64,000 nucleotides of DNA from Octopus vulgaris (taxonomy: Eukaryota). The stretch is from assembly GCA_951406725.2 (NCBI GenBank), contig OX597814.1:133114001-133178000 (forward strand), written 5' to 3'. Below the pieces are notes generated by a model that did no database searches, had not been told where the DNA came from, and saw only the letters and a program-made list of their open reading frames with translations. Of the stretch, positions 12,219-24,675 are shown piece after piece. The stretch's first letter is position 1. The number at the start of each line of letters is the position of its first letter. A program made the position numbers and the translations under genes.

Positions 12219-14337
12219 TAGGGTTTTGCAGTCAATTTAGTACGTTTGTCATTCAGTTTGATAATCAAGTCATTCAAAGTCGCGAAAAAAGTTAGTGCCA
12301 TGAAGTTAGTCATTCAGTTTCGCTTTTCGATCATTCAATTTCGCACTTCGGTTGAAGAATTTGGCATTTACATCATTCAGATTAAAATGCCGATCGAGAG
12401 CATTCAAATTAGTCGAAATGCGAGGAAGCGTCTTTTCGAGCATTCAGATTCGCCTGTGAGCATTCGAGTTCGGAATAAGTTTATTCAGTTTAGCACCAAT
12501 TTTACATGTGTGTTTTTACTTACATTCTAAGAAGTGTATGTTAAAAATGACAAATTTAAATGACATGTTTTGTCATACAAATTTTATTATGTTGATATAG
12601 CTATGAATAAGAAATTAATTACGTGATTCTTCTGTCCACGAAAGTCTTTTTCATTGCAACATCCGTAACCGGTCAGTATCAGTTGCATTTTGTATCCCTT
12701 TCTCTTACACCAACTTGTAATCATGAAAGCACCCGTAAGGTACATGCGTATATCAGACAAAAGTAGAGCAGGGTTGGTTGACGCTTTTAAGGGGCATCAA
12801 ACCGATTACCTGCAGCTGGCAGACACACTTGGCATTAACAGGATTAGTGACCGATCCTAGTAACGACCTACCTACTGCCTGGGAGGGCTACATGTTGCCC
12901 AGAGCAGGTTAAGATTGAAGACGAAATGTGAGCCAAGCTTCAAGTGATTATCAATGCCAACCCACTCGCATCCCTTCAACGATGAAGAGGGATTTAGAGG
13001 CAGCATTACCCGGAAAGCCGTTTGTTTTCGTGTCTGCAATCTCACCGGCTCTAGATGGGATATTGAAAACTATGAAGTTAGCCGAAGACGTTCCAGATGC
13101 AAGAAATGCTTCAAGAACTCTAGAAAAGCGATATGTGTACGCGCATTGGTTCATGGAAAAGGGAGACGCCGACTAATGCGTATTCACTTATGAATGTGGT
13201 TCGGGAGAAATCGGCCTGGTTCATCACTCCATTGAGAACGAAGCCATTACCCGAAACTCTTTAGAGGAATTCTTGGTGCAAACAGTTCGAGCATGTGCTG
13301 ACATGTTCCTATCGAATGAATCCGTCTATCTGATCTACGGTAATTCGCGGCCACACGTTCGTGCCGAGCTCCCAGCTGATGCCGACCCACGGATCAGTGT
13401 GTAACTTCTGATTCCCTACTCACCGTCTCTTGATTGTACAGAGATGGCGCATTTTGCCTTTAAGACGGTTATCAAGCGGGACCCCGCTCGAGCTGAGTTG
13501 CAACAAAGGGTTGGCGGCCGAACAGCTGGAGAAGAAGCCGGCATTACCACGGAAGAATGACGAGCACATGTCATACAATAGGTCGCAAGACGTAACATCG
13601 ATGCTCTCACTCCAGAAAATTGTGTTCGATGGTGTAGTCACACTCAGACCTATCTTCCGTGATGCCTCTTCAACGAACTCTCCTTATCAAGACTGTAAAT
13701 AAATAATTATCTTAATGCATATAGCACCCTTTCTCTGATGAAAGAAAAAATGGAAAATCGAAGAAATATATTCTTTTCCCAGCGAGATATATTATGCAAA
13801 GGAGGAGCACATATTACGGCATAATGTATTCAAAATCAAAGAAATATGAGCATTTGTTGTTATTGTGAGTTTATTTAAAAAGATTGAAAAGACTGGAATG
13901 CGAATACATGAAGCATTTAACAATAAATACATGTACCAGTGTAACAACAAAAGAATACATAGATAAGACGTGGGCGCGATAGAGTGATTAAAGCATAAAC
14001 AATGGATGAAAATACATGATTATGATAACAATGATTATAAGATAAAACCAAAACGGCTATCATGTTAATTTGATTGCTCGAAGTGTTAAATAGATTGCTC
14101 CCAAAAGAATTTGAATGCTCGAAAAACGCCACCTTGCATGCCGACGAATTTGAATGCTCTCGACGAGCATTTTAATTTGAATAATGTAAATGCTAAATTC
14201 TTTGACCGAAGAACGGAACTGAATGGTCGAAAAACGAATTTGAATGACTAACTTCATGGCGCTAATTATTTTGCTACTTTGAATGAACCGATTATCAAAT
14301 TGAATGACAAACGTACGAAAATGACTGCAAAGACCTA
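12219..14337 (+). mobile_element. Tc1/IS630-superfamily DNA transposon with ~230-bp TIRs, TA flanks and a decayed transposase
   Basis: 12219-12451 is the reverse complement of 14107-14337, with TA at both ends. Internal motifs: ALDGILKTMKL..RN..RYVYAHWF, CVFTYECG (from VFIDECG), LIYGNSRPH (from DNARPH), IPYSPSLDCTE. Confidence 0.92.
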
Positions 14338-15841
14338 TATTTCATCTTTAAAAGTTGTGTTCAAGAGTAAATTTCCTTGGTCCAAAAAAGACCTTCCATA
14401 GATTTTTAGTTTTTAACTATTTACATTTGTAGGTCAAAGCTATATTCAGGACGGTAGATTAACAAATATCGTTAGAGCGTCGGGAAAACGTCTTGCCTAA
14501 TTTGTTGTGGCTATTTATATTCTTAATCAGAAATCCAGTATATATCTATTTTTCCATCCATTATTCCAAAGATAATAGAATAAATTACCAACAAAATATT
14601 TGGATCTATTAAATTTACTGCTAAGCTGTTGCAACATATAAGATACAAGTATGGTAAAGTAGAGCTCGAATTGTGGTAAACCTTAATGTGCATGGTCAAG
14701 GAGAATGACATTTTCGATGGCACTGTGATGCAATTGGTATTACTTGTCTGTATCATCCTATAATATTTTCAACATAACACAGCACACTAACACACACTCA
14801 CACACACACACACACGCGCGCAAGCATACACCGAAATATATCCTTGCAACAAATGAAAAAGACACAAAGGAAAAGAACAGGCTATGGTTAAATTTCAAAA
14901 CTTTCAGCATTAAAATATTCTATTCTTAGTTTTCTTGTATTCATGCGATATCATATTTTTTAAGTGCAGTTTGGCTTTTCTTGAAAAAAACTTTTGAGAT
15001 AAGTTGGCAGTTAATTTTGATTTGGTTAGTTATTTCTTTTGCTTGTGTCTTGAAGTTCTGAACGTTCATAATTTTAATAATCTTTTTTTGCATTTCTCTC
15101 ATTCATGTTCTTTGTTTTTTCTTGTGTTCTTTTCTTTTTAATTTCCATTTAAGTTTTCTATATGCATCTCATACATTTTACTTTGTCTTACGTTAGTATC
15201 TTCTTAAATTAGTAATTGCAATACTAGGTTTCTCCTCTTTCAAAGTTATTGCTGCCGGCTGTCACGTTTTGTGAATAAAACATAGCTGAGAAATAAGCAT
15301 GCGCTATGAAAACATATTACTTTCGCATTTCTGACAATTTTTTTTTCTGAATCTGAGAAATAAATGAAGTTTGTATTGTTATTTAGATCCTAATCGTTTT
15401 TATTTAGCATCAGTTCAATTAGGTTGGCCAATGCAGTAGCTTGCACAGTCACCTTTTTATACGTTTCATGAATCAAGTACGATGTATGCACTTACTTTTT
15501 TTGACATTAGAACGAATAAAACAACTTCCGTTCGTACTTCTTTGACATTAACCCATCGTTGATTCAATTTGTGCTTTGTTAATGTTTGTGACTAATTGGC
15601 AACTTGCGCAACCTTACGAAATACGTTTCTTATATGAGTCATATCGCAATGAATTTTAAATAAGTTAATGTAACACTGCACGTATACTCCCCAATATCTT
15701 CGATCATTTCTATTATACTTGCTGCTTGGATACGCAGTGACGAAGTAATATCTTTTGCTAATCAGGCCCATGCTACTTTCGTTAACACAACTGATGTGTT
15801 TTATACTTTTTCTCTCTCCTTCGTTTTCATCTCATCTTCCT

Positions 15842-15859
15842 TCATCATCATCATCATCA

Positions 15860-15890
<31 letters not shown>

Positions 15891-16070
15891 ATTATTATTA
15901 TTATTATTGTTGTTGTTGTTGTTGTTGTTGTTGTTATCATTATTATTATTATTATCGTTGTTATTATTATTATTATTATCGTTATTATTATTATAGTTAT
16001 TATTATTATCGTTATTATTATTATTATTATTACTATTATTATTATTATTATTATTATTATCATCATCATT
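15842..16070. repeat. Compound (TCA)/(TTA)/(TTG)n microsatellite
   Basis: Direct reading. Confidence 0.97.
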
Positions 16071-16119
16071 AGCTGAATCACTGCCTTGTGGAATGTCGAT
16101 TCAGCTACTACATATCTTA

Positions 16120-16334
16120 TATTTTTGCTGCCCAGAAGGGGCTACACACAGAGGGGAAACACAAGGAGTGACAAACGGATTAAGTCGATTATATCGACCC
16201 CAGTGCGTAACTGGTACTTATTTAATCAACCCCGAAAGGATGAAAGGCAAAGTCGATCTTGGCGGAATTTGAACTCAGAACAAAGCGGCAGACGAAATAC
16301 CGCTAAGCATTTCGCCCGACTTGCTAACGTTTCT
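16120..16334 (-). mobile_element. tRNA-derived SINE with Meta-like central domain
   Basis: Minus strand shows the B-box gagttcaaattcc followed by gactttgcctttcatcctttcggggttgattaaataagtaccag. Confidence 0.85.
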
Positions 16335-16339
16335 TAAAG

Positions 16340-17235
16340 AATGTCCTTATCAGCAACGTTGTCAGTGTAGATTCCTTTCATACTCTTATACCCTTTGTGT
16401 TAGTTGACATAGTGATGAAGTAGTCTGGCTTTCCAGACTCTCTCACCAGAGCCATTCTCGCTTGGAAACATTCCCTGTAAAACCGAGGAGAAGCAGTATG
16501 CGATGGCAGAAGAATGATTTTAGACCCTACGTCATTCATGTCACTGTTTGCAATAGCATCCAGAAGGCACTTTGGTACTTTTCAGTCTTAGGTTGTTTCT
16601 GATGAGTTCCCAGGAGGTGTAATCGATCTTGCTCTATCTTTGCATATTGATCTACTGCATATTGTTGCATCAGAAAAGTCTACCTGCCATTATGCCATGG
16701 AACTCGTCCTTCCTTACCTGAAGTCGATAAAAATAAAAGTCACATTCAGTGATATTTTTTTTTCGGTCATTGTCTTTCAAGAATACATTCCAGTCATCTT
16801 CCCCATAGGGAAACAGAAATATATGAAGAGGGTCATCGCTTCGGTGGATTTGACTAATGTGATCTAACTTCCCATTGCTCTCTCTCTCTCTCTCTCTCTC
16901 TCTACCGCACATCAACATCCGCAGGTTTAATGTTTGGATGATTGGTATTATCTCCCACCCTAATCATAGCATCTTCTGTTGCAGTCGTTGGATTATACAT
17001 TCTCCCATGTGACCCAGCAGGAATAAGCCTTTTATCATGACTTATGTTAATATCACCGGTGAAACATTTTCCTGGTGCAGAGTATTCCTTAATTTTATCA
17101 ATAGCCTCTTTAAAACTTCTAACATGGATTGTGCATATGCAATGCTCTCTGCAAGTCTGGCAGGATGTTCTTATTAAGGTCATTGTCAGCTCCTCTGAAT
17201 GATAAGCTGTTTCCCATCTCATTTTTAGTGTCAAC
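16340..17235 (-). mobile_element. Highly decayed LINE endonuclease remnant
   Basis: CFTGDINISH (GDFN-like), RVGDN, SDDPLH..FPYGEDDW occur in the same order as the endonuclease at 843-1454. Confidence 0.55.
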
Positions 17236-17274
17236 GAAATATAGCTGTGCGTTGACTGGCTTTCTATTTACTGC

Positions 17275-17370
17275 TCGTCGATAAATTAAGTACCAGTTGC
17301 GTACTGGGGTCGATCTAATCGACCGGCTTCCTCCCCAAAAATTACGGGCTTTGTGCATAGAGTAGAAAAG

Positions 17371-17442
<72 letters not shown>

Positions 17443-17580
17443 TCGGCTGTCGCTGCGTTCTGAATTCAAATTCCACTGAGATCGACTTCCTCTCTCATCC
17501 TTTCGGGGTCGATAAAATAAGTACCAGTTGAACACTGGGGTCGACTTGTCCCCTCCCTCAAAGTTTTAGGCATTGAGCAA
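17275..17580 (+). mobile_element. Two Meta-like SINE fragments separated by (ATT)n
   Basis: gtcgataaattaagtaccagtt..ctggggtcga occurs twice, with an (ATT)n tract at 17372-17441. Confidence 0.85.
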
Positions 17581-20399
17581 ATATTTGAAGATTCTAAACA
17601 GCGACGAAGATAAAGTAACCAGTTTATTCCGTAGATTATGCACAACAAATAAAAATCCCTTAGGTAAGATATTTCGCATCATATATCTAGGTACAGCTGT
17701 TTTAAAATCTTGTTAACCACACTGAATTCTCCCCATCTTATTGATTATTATCGAGAGGTAGTAAAGATTTTGCTTCAAACTAGAGGGTTTCAAATTACAA
17801 TACACAACTGGCTTAATTCTATGCAGACGTCACCATCTTCAACTGAAAGTTAATTTCTTTTGCTAGAATATGAAAAAGACAAGAAGGCAGCAAAATTAAT
17901 TTCATATTAAGTGAAGGGTAAATATGTTTACACATTTCTCTTTAAATTCTGCATAATAAAGAAAATAATAAAGCCAGGGAAACTATTGGAATTTTGAAAA
18001 AAAAATTTAATAGTAATCCACACCAAAGCCACTATGGTATTTGTCTCTATACATGATACTTTATAATCTTTAGAAAATCTTTGAATCCATACTACCGTCC
18101 AACGACATGCAAATACAAGCAAAAAAAAATTATTTGCAGAACGTGATGTTGACTGGTTACCTAATATTTTGAAATAAAGAGGAATGAAATTGATCAAATG
18201 ATACAATTAGATGTCTCAGAAATTTAACAATTAATCTTTGACAGTAAACAGTGCTATCCAAAACCGTTGTAGAACTCAGTAATCAATTACTTTTGTTAGT
18301 TTATAAGAAATCTAAAAATATTACTATTGTAGAAAAGGAATGGGGAAAATATGCGGACAATACATACGAGCAAATAAGTAAATTTCAACTGCAGCTATCT
18401 TGTAGAAAACAATGTCGTATTTACACATATTATATTAAATGCATGCAAATAAGAAACTAATATCACTCATGTTGTCAAAGATTATTCGAATTTATTCGGT
18501 TCAGAAACCAGAAATATATCTAATCAATTGGAGCCACACCAGAAGCTAACTTGTTTTTCATAATATAGTGTGGATAATGTAATGGGGGTTGTTTTTTTCT
18601 TTTGTTGTTTCTACCCTCCGGCTTCTAGGAACAGCCGAACTGATAAGCACTTCTGCATTTCCGAGTGTATTTAAAATGAGAGTCAACTGCAGCTGATTTA
18701 TTATTATTATTTTTATTTATTTATTTATTTAGTTATTTATTTTTGCAGAGTGAAATATCTCCCAAAACAGTCAAAGAGCTCGTTAATTGTATGTACTGGC
18801 AGCAATGTACGACTAGTAACTTCTATTCTCTGGTGTTTGTTTACCACTAGACAGACAGGGCAATTTCACACTTGAGTATTTTAGACTCAAATTCATAAAC
18901 GTGACTTTTGCCAGTAAGCACGTCACAGATGCTGCAGTTTTCCTATAGGGCTTCGCCTACGTAGTTATCCACTTTCTGATAACAATTTTTGCTTCGATAT
19001 ATACTTAAACTTGAGCATCTCTGAACTTCGATGTTAATTTAAGCACAAGTTTATATTAATAGCTCCTTTGAATATTTTATCTTTAACTTGCGTTTATGTT
19101 AATTCCTCTTACATTTCCTTTGTATTTCATATCTTGTGACGCTACTTAGTGTAAGTGTTACATTACTACTATGCTACAAGGAGAGTGGACTATGATAAAC
19201 TATTTGGATATCTAAACTTAACAGTAGCGGTCGTACTTCTATTTCTTCACACAAGGTACACTATATATGTGTGTGTCTATGTATGTACGCTTGTATATAT
19301 GTTTATGTATGTATGTATGAATGTATGTATGTATGTATGAATGTATGTATGTATGTATGTATCTATGTATATATGTTTAAAATTTACAGCTATATAGTGA
19401 GTGTACGCTCTTACACGCTATTGATTTATTGCATATGCGTTTTCGTGAAAAAAGACTACTGCATTAACCATGCAGTCACGTCGATGGCTTTACTGTGTTC
19501 TCAGACACACGCTAATATCCAAATAAAATTGCCAACCAAGTAGGGCTAAATTGCATCAGTTATTTCTTTTATAAATTGTGCAAGGTTGCTTGGTAAAAAT
19601 AGCAAACGAATTCTTTGAAGAGCATACTTGCTGTCACGACAAAGCTAGGGATTTTTGGATACACAAAATAAGGATAAAAACAAAAATAAATGAAGATGAG
19701 TAGATAGCCTGATCAATTCGGTTGTTTAAAGGATAACTAGCGACAACTATATCCACACAGGCAGTGAGCGTTGGTGCGCCCCGAGCATATCGAGTGCAAA
19801 ATCAAGTTTCATTGGAAAATACTACGCAGAAATGATAATGTATCGGAACTGAAGTAATCGTGGAAAATACAGATAATGAAATGGGAAATATATTTTTCAG
19901 TAATTATATAAAGCACATGTACTGAAAATATTTTTTCTGAGTTGTCGTTTATACATAGATTTATGTTCTATAGCGTGACACAGCTAAATTGTTTATACAT
20001 ATAAGCCAAGTAAAGTTGCGTGCTTAAATTTATCTTTAAAGTGCCTACCACTTAAAAGAAGTGCTCCTACTTAGCGTTACATTAATGTATAATGACATAG
20101 TATTAAAGCAGACTGAATCCAACAAGATTGTAGATTTAAATAAATCATATGTATGCATTTTATAGTTTTGTATATACATATATCTATACACATGCACATA
20201 CACTATCATGTGTTTAAATGTACACTGTATTTATATGAATAATATATAGTCTATTGATTAATTTTTCTACACGCTAGACCACTGGTAGTAAAAATTTCTA
20301 AAATCTTTATTACCCTGATATTATTAATTATTAATAATTTTTTCTGGATATCTTTCGAAGTAATATATTTTTGCTGGCGACAAAAAACTGCGCTTGCGC

Positions 20400-20481
20400 G
20401 GTGGATTTGAATAATTATAATGTATAAGCACGAGGCGCATGCTGGATTGTCTCGTACTTATATGTTTAATCTGGGCCTACC
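20400..20481. ncRNA. Candidate pre-miRNA-like hairpin
   Basis: aatgtataagcacgaggc (20419-20436) pairs with gtctcgtacttatatgtt (20449-20466) around a 12-nt loop. The lower stem is ggtgg/ctacc. Confidence 0.3.
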
Positions 20482-20700
20482 TGTTGAGGAAGTCTTCGCC
20501 TAGAAAATTATTCTATCTGCTTAAAAAAAGTCACAAACCTTGGTCCAGGAGATAGATAGTAAATGTTTTTATTTTTCATTTCCTAAGAAGTTTTCTCCCT
20601 AATAGTGATTTGGACTTTGACTGTTCCTTCTAGCGTGCAAGGAATCCTATGACCGATACCTCTTATGTGTTTAAATGTACACTGTATTTATATATATATA

Positions 20701-20882
20701 TAGGGAGAATTCACAAAAAAAAAAACAAAAGACGAAGACAGGTGGTGTAGACAACAAACAGATGTATTAGTATAACGCTCGGGAAGTGAAAAATCTTTAA
20801 CGTTTCGAGCCTACACTCTTCCGCAGAAAGGAACATAGAAAGAAACAAGGAGAGAAAATAAAGAATGTGTAGTGGCTAGCGA

Positions 20883-20886
<4 letters not shown>
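20701..20886 (-). mobile_element. Penelope-like terminal fragment (family 2) with hammerhead-like core, within (TA)n
   Basis: Minus strand reads cttt-CTGCGGA-A-GAGtgtaggCTC-GAAACGTT-aaag. Homologous to 43430-43610 and 49437-49630. Confidence 0.7.
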
Positions 20887-20943
<57 letters not shown>

Positions 20944-21662
20944 CCATTATTATATACGGGATATGGTTGTGCTATTCATATTAAACAACTACAAATCCGA
21001 AGTCCACGTAATGAAATATTTTTACAAAATTTAATGAGCTAGATCAAATGCATTTTGCTTCAACTGGGAATGATTCAGGGATTGATTTAGCAACTAGAAG
21101 AAGGTTCTTTATCTAGAGATATCCACAATGAAAGACATATACAGAAAAACAAAACGAGACATATACAGGATGAGCCACGGTGATAATTGACTGGTGCGGG
21201 CCATTTGTTTGTGTGTGTTGTAATCATGATGATAATGAAGATGGCGATGACGAGGAGGAGGAAGGGGAGGAAGAGGTTTCACCACAATAGCGCGGGTAGT
21301 GGTGATTGGTGGCTAGTAGCGGGGTGGAAATGGAGGCTAGAGATGGAGTTGTTGGTTATGAGGATAATGCTGGGGGGGGGGTACTTGGGGTTTTGTTGTT
21401 ATGGAGGTGGTGCTGAAGTTTCGTCAGTGGTAGATAGTAAAATGGGTAGAGTTTACAGTAGTTTTAATATTTTGAATACAACGAAGATAATGGTGTTTGT
21501 GCTGATACTGATGGAGGTCAATATACAGAAGAATGGAGATAATGCTGATGATTGATGTTGGTGCTAGGACAATGTTATTGGATGAAGATAGTAGGGTGTG
21601 TGTGTGGTGGTTGGAGTGATTGTATTGAAAATGAACACGGTGAAGATCCTGATGATGTTTAT

Positions 21663-24161
21663 TGTGATGAGAGTTACGACACCTCCTTGTGAGAGACAGA
21701 CTGGTCTGAGCGAAGTACAAATAGCAACGATCCGAGTAGGCTCAGGGTTCGGAGTCCAGTGAATTTCGAGTTAGTTCGCATTGAAATCGGAAGGTGTCGG
21801 TAGGTTAGTTCACAAGGAATATTGACTTTTGGTTTGTGAAGGGATTTGTCAGTTCACTACATTGTTTTTACTGTCATCTTATTTATTGTACGTAACAAAT
21901 TACGTTATAATATCTGGCGACGAGGATTTCGAAGCTCACGTAAATTATTTAACAATTTGTTCGTGCTACAACTTGTTAAATAATGGAAGGCCTCTTAGCT
22001 ACCATAGTACAGTTGCAAAAGCAACAACAAGAGCAGCAACAGGAATTGCAGAAGCAACTATTACAGCAACAACTACAACAACAGCAATTATTGGAACTAT
22101 ATTCAAAGAAGTCCAAAACTGAAGCATTTCGAACTCGATAAATGAATTCAGTTATAACCCAGAGGAAGGTATAACTTTTGCATCGTACTACAGAAGGTAC
22201 AAGGAGCAAGATTGCAAATCATGGTTGGACGAACAAACATTGAGTTTGTTATTGCGAAAACTAGCTCCGTTAGAGCATGAACGTTACTGTAATTTCATAT
22301 TGCCCGAAAACCCAATGAAATTTATTTTAAAGAAACAGTAGAATTACTGTCTAACGTATTCGGTGAGAGAACTTCTCTATCATACACTTCGAAAGAGACT
22401 GTCCATTTAAAAATGAAAAAAACATTACAGTTGCAAAAGAATTGGTCAAATGAGAACAAAATTACGAAGGTCAAGCGTTAAAAATCCTAGAGGATTCTCA
22501 GCAGAAACAAAGATCGACTCCCAGAGAAGAAAATTCGTAGCGTAAAAATAAATGGAATACATATTAAACTTCAATTGGATAGTGGAAGTGATATTTCATA
22601 GGCGAAATGTGGACTAATGTCACTTTCTCGAGGGAAAACATGCAAGGTGGAAGTCTTCGTCGTTAAAAATGCCACTGATCTTTTGGGTCCTGATTGGTTA
22701 GAATTATTCGATTTATGGGACCTCAACATAAATCTCTATTCTAAAAACGTAAATAGATGTCTCTCTAAAAATAATTAGTGTCAAGAGTTAAGGAGAAAAA
22801 AAAATTTTATAATGTTTCCGCAAGTACTCTCAGACAAACTAGGTCTATGCACGGACACTGTGAACCCATGGGCTAGGATACATAACGACTACTCTGGACC
22901 AGTGAACGGCGCATACTATTTAATCGTTGTGGATAGCTACACAAAGTGGCCAGAGGTATGCAGACGTAATAAGCCCACAACAAAAACAATAATAAAGTTC
23001 ATACTCGAGTTATTTGCTCGAAACGGTGTTCCAGACACGTTAGTTTCAGATAATGGGACACATTTCATGGGATATGAATAAAGAAATGTCTGCAAAATAC
23101 ATGCCATAAAGCACATCTTTACTCCGCTCTACCAACCGAGGTCAAATAAGCAGGCGGAAAGAGGTCTAAGAAAAGCTAGGAACGAGCTAGATGATGATGA
23201 GGTACTAACGAAATTTTTTAGAGCATATAGAATAATGCCAAATCCAAATACTAATTAAGGAAAGTCACCAACAGAGTTAATGTTCGCGCGTAAAATAAAA
23301 TCGATCTTCGAAAAACTATTGCCAGGAAATATACATATGAAGTAAAGACAAAAAATACATGTGAAGAAAATACAATATTACAAAACATTTCGAAGTAGGA
23401 GATAAAGTTCATTTCAAAAATTACAAAAATGGTAAAGAAGGTTGGGAGTATGGTTGTGTAGTCAAAAGATTAGGTAACATGATGTATTTAATTAAAGGAC
23501 AACGTTCGGGACAGAAAAGGCACCTTAACCAGTTAAATATAAGACATACAGAAGAACGAAGGGTGATACCAATAGAAGTTTTCTAGTATACGTTTGAAGC
23601 GCCAGCACCGAGAGATATTGAACCCTGTAGAACTACCTTCAGAAAACCGAAACATACTGAATATCTGGAAGTAATACCTAAACAAAAAAGATATTAAATT
23701 TTCAAAACAGGAAAATGAATAAGAATTCTTTGTACAGTGAAAAGAAAAAGTGCTGTGTGCAACAAACAATTCTACCTTAAAAGTTGGGCAGCAATTAAGA
23801 TACAACAGCTAAAAGAAAACAGAGGGAGAGGTGCTGGAAAAAAAAAATTAAAATATAAGAAATTACACTTTCTCACAGTAGTCGATATCTCAAAAGCAGG
23901 GAGGTTGTGATGAGGGTTATGAGCGATAGTTGCGCAAGATAGAGTGGTCTGAGTAAAGTATAAATAGTAACGATCCGAGTAAGTTCAGAGTTCGGAGTGG
24001 AGTGAAGTTCGTGTTAGTTAAAAGTGAAGCCGGAAGGTGTCGGTTGGTTAGTTCACAAGGAATATTGATTGTCGGTTCGTAAAAAAGATTTAGTTCATTG
24101 CATTGTGTTTACTGTTGTCTGGTTATTTTATTTATTGTACATAAGAAAGTACGTTACAGCA
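21663..24161 (+). mobile_element. Internally deleted Gypsy (Mag / K02A2.6-like) LTR retrotransposon
   Basis: LTRs at ~21663-21912 and ~23906-24161, both starting TGTGATGAG, with a PBS and a PPT. Gag FNYNPEEGITFASYYRRY, protease LQLDSGSDIS, integrase PWARIH.DYSGP..VVDSYTKWPE..VSDNGTHF. No RT seen. Confidence 0.92.
21915..21927 (+). other. Primer-binding site complementary to the 3' end of tRNA-Ser(GCU)
   Basis: TGGCGACGAGGAT lies 2 nt after the 5' LTR. Metazoan tRNA-Ser(GCU) ends ...AUCCUCGUCGCCA. Confidence 0.8.
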
Positions 24162-24408
24162 AAGTTGGTGATAGAAAACATGGAAATGATGATCGCCTAT
24201 GTGATTTAGATATCGTGGGTTTGGTATATATATATGTGTGTGTGTGAGAATACATATAAATATATACATACATATATATACATCTGAAATGTTGTGGTGT
24301 ATGTTGGCTGATGAAGATAAATCAAGTATATGTGTGCAGGCATATCTTGGAAAATCTGAAACCGGTCCCGGTCCCACATTATCCCTTTCTATGTATTTCA
24401 TCTTTCAG

Positions 24409-24423
24409 ATGTTCTCCCTGGAG
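24409..24423 (+). other. Candidate 15-nt microexon
   Basis: ccctttctatgtatttcatctttcag|ATGTTCTCCCTGGAG|gtaaga: consensus splice sites, frame-preserving length, no stop in any frame. Confidence 0.45.
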
Positions 24424-24626
24424 GTAAGACAATTTTTTTCAAGTTTGTTGCACTCACGCATTTTTGTTAGTACATACGCGGTGAAGCTATACATTAGCGT
24501 CGTATTATTACGTTCGCTATTTTCCAGTAAATATCGGTACTTCGTTGGGCCATATATTTACTTCTATGTATAATTTTCCCTCACGTGCTATTCTTTACTG
24601 GAAAGCAATACTCTCGTATTGCATTA

Positions 24627-24675
<49 letters not shown>

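Noticed and set aside
12246-12470. Regularly spaced CATTCA motifs that look like a CRISPR or iteron array
   Set aside because: The motif is too short and irregular, and it lies within a transposon TIR mirrored at 14107-14337 in a eukaryotic context.
21187-21720. 122-aa and 98-aa ORFs with GC-rich appearance
   Set aside because: Degenerate purine-rich trinucleotide low-complexity sequence with no recognisable domain.
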